64,000 nucleotides of DNA. It comes from Chiloscyllium plagiosum. Lineage: Eukaryota. The DNA lies in NCBI RefSeq assembly GCF_004010195.1, contig NC_057720.1, positions 91,736,222-91,800,221 of the forward strand. Reading direction: 5' to 3'. Of the stretch, positions 63,350 to 64,000 are shown piece after piece. Below the pieces are notes generated by a model, which was not told the origin of the DNA, ran no database searches, and saw nothing but the letters and a program-made list of their open reading frames with translations. Position numbers and translations under genes: made by a program. Within the stretch, counting starts at the first letter, position 1; every line of letters starts with the position of its first letter.

Positions 63350-64000
63350 ATGCTTTTCTCTAACTGGCTTGATAGTAGGAAGCAGAGGGTCATAGTGGAA
63401 GGATGCTTGTCAGACTGGAGGCCAGTGACTTGTGGAGTGCCTCAGGAGTCAATGCTGGGCCCATTACTGTTTGTTATCTCTGTCAATGATTTGGATGAGA
63501 ATCTGCAAGGCATGATTAGTAAGTTTGCAAATGACATTAAAAGAGGTGGTATCATAGAGATACTGCAGCAGGACATTGATCAGCAGGAGAAGTGGGAGAA
63601 GAAATGACAAATTGAGTTTACTGTAGATAAATGTGAGGTCTTGCATTTTAGCAAGTTAAATCAAGGTAGGAGTTTCATGGTGAATGGTAGGACCTTAAGG
63701 ACTGTCATGGAACAGAGGGATCTTGGAGTTCAAGTGCGTGGTTCTCTGAAAGTTCAGTCACAGTTAGACAGGGCAGTGAAGAAGGCTTTTGGCCCACTGG
63801 TCTTCATCAGTCAGGGCATTGGGGACAGACATTGAGAAGTTATGTTACAGTTGTACAGGATATTGGTGAGGTCGCACTTGAAGTATTGTGTTCAGTTTTG
63901 GTCACCTTGTTATAGGAAGGATATTATTAAAGCAGAATGAGTACAGAAGAAATTTACAAGGATGTTGCCTCGACTCAACGATATGAGTTATAGAGAGAGG
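63350..64000 (+). mobile_element. CR1-type LINE RT fragment running off the window
   Basis: GVPQESMLGPLLFVISVNDLD...SKFANDIK. Confidence 0.85.

Overview
Vertebrate genomic DNA, by inference from a cartilaginous fish (shark). The leader, J and C sequences resemble nurse shark NS4 light chains as I recall them, and the window is dense in HE1/V-SINE-like SINEs and CR1-type LINEs. It holds three paralogous immunoglobulin kappa-type light-chain miniloci in the shark cluster organisation. Cluster 1 (+) has leader 409-457, an already joined RSS-less V-J exon 643-918 and an intact C exon 11639-11967. Cluster 2 (+) has leader 26373-26421, V 26608-26830 with a 12-RSS and J 27303-27337 with a 23-RSS; no C exon is visible and its homology to cluster 3 stops at a 500-N gap. 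Cluster 3 (-) has leader 54627-54579, V 54392-54155 with a 12-RSS, J 53672-53638 with a 23-RSS and an intact C exon 43386-43058. All three V segments are pseudogenes, each inactivated by a different deletion. All three deletions remove the CDR1/FR2-Trp segment and shift into the same premature TGA. The two C exons remain intact and differ almost only at synonymous sites. A non-repetitive block carrying a PU.1-IRF (EICE) site, an E-box and a Runx site is conserved 6-8 kb upstream of clusters 2 and 3 and is a candidate B-cell enhancer. The remainder is decayed CR1-type LINEs, SINEs, a Penelope-like element, a Gypsy RT fragment, simple repeats and assembly gaps. Two gaps of exactly 500 N make cluster adjacency and orientation uncertain. 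All comparisons were made by eye; repeat boundaries are approximate.
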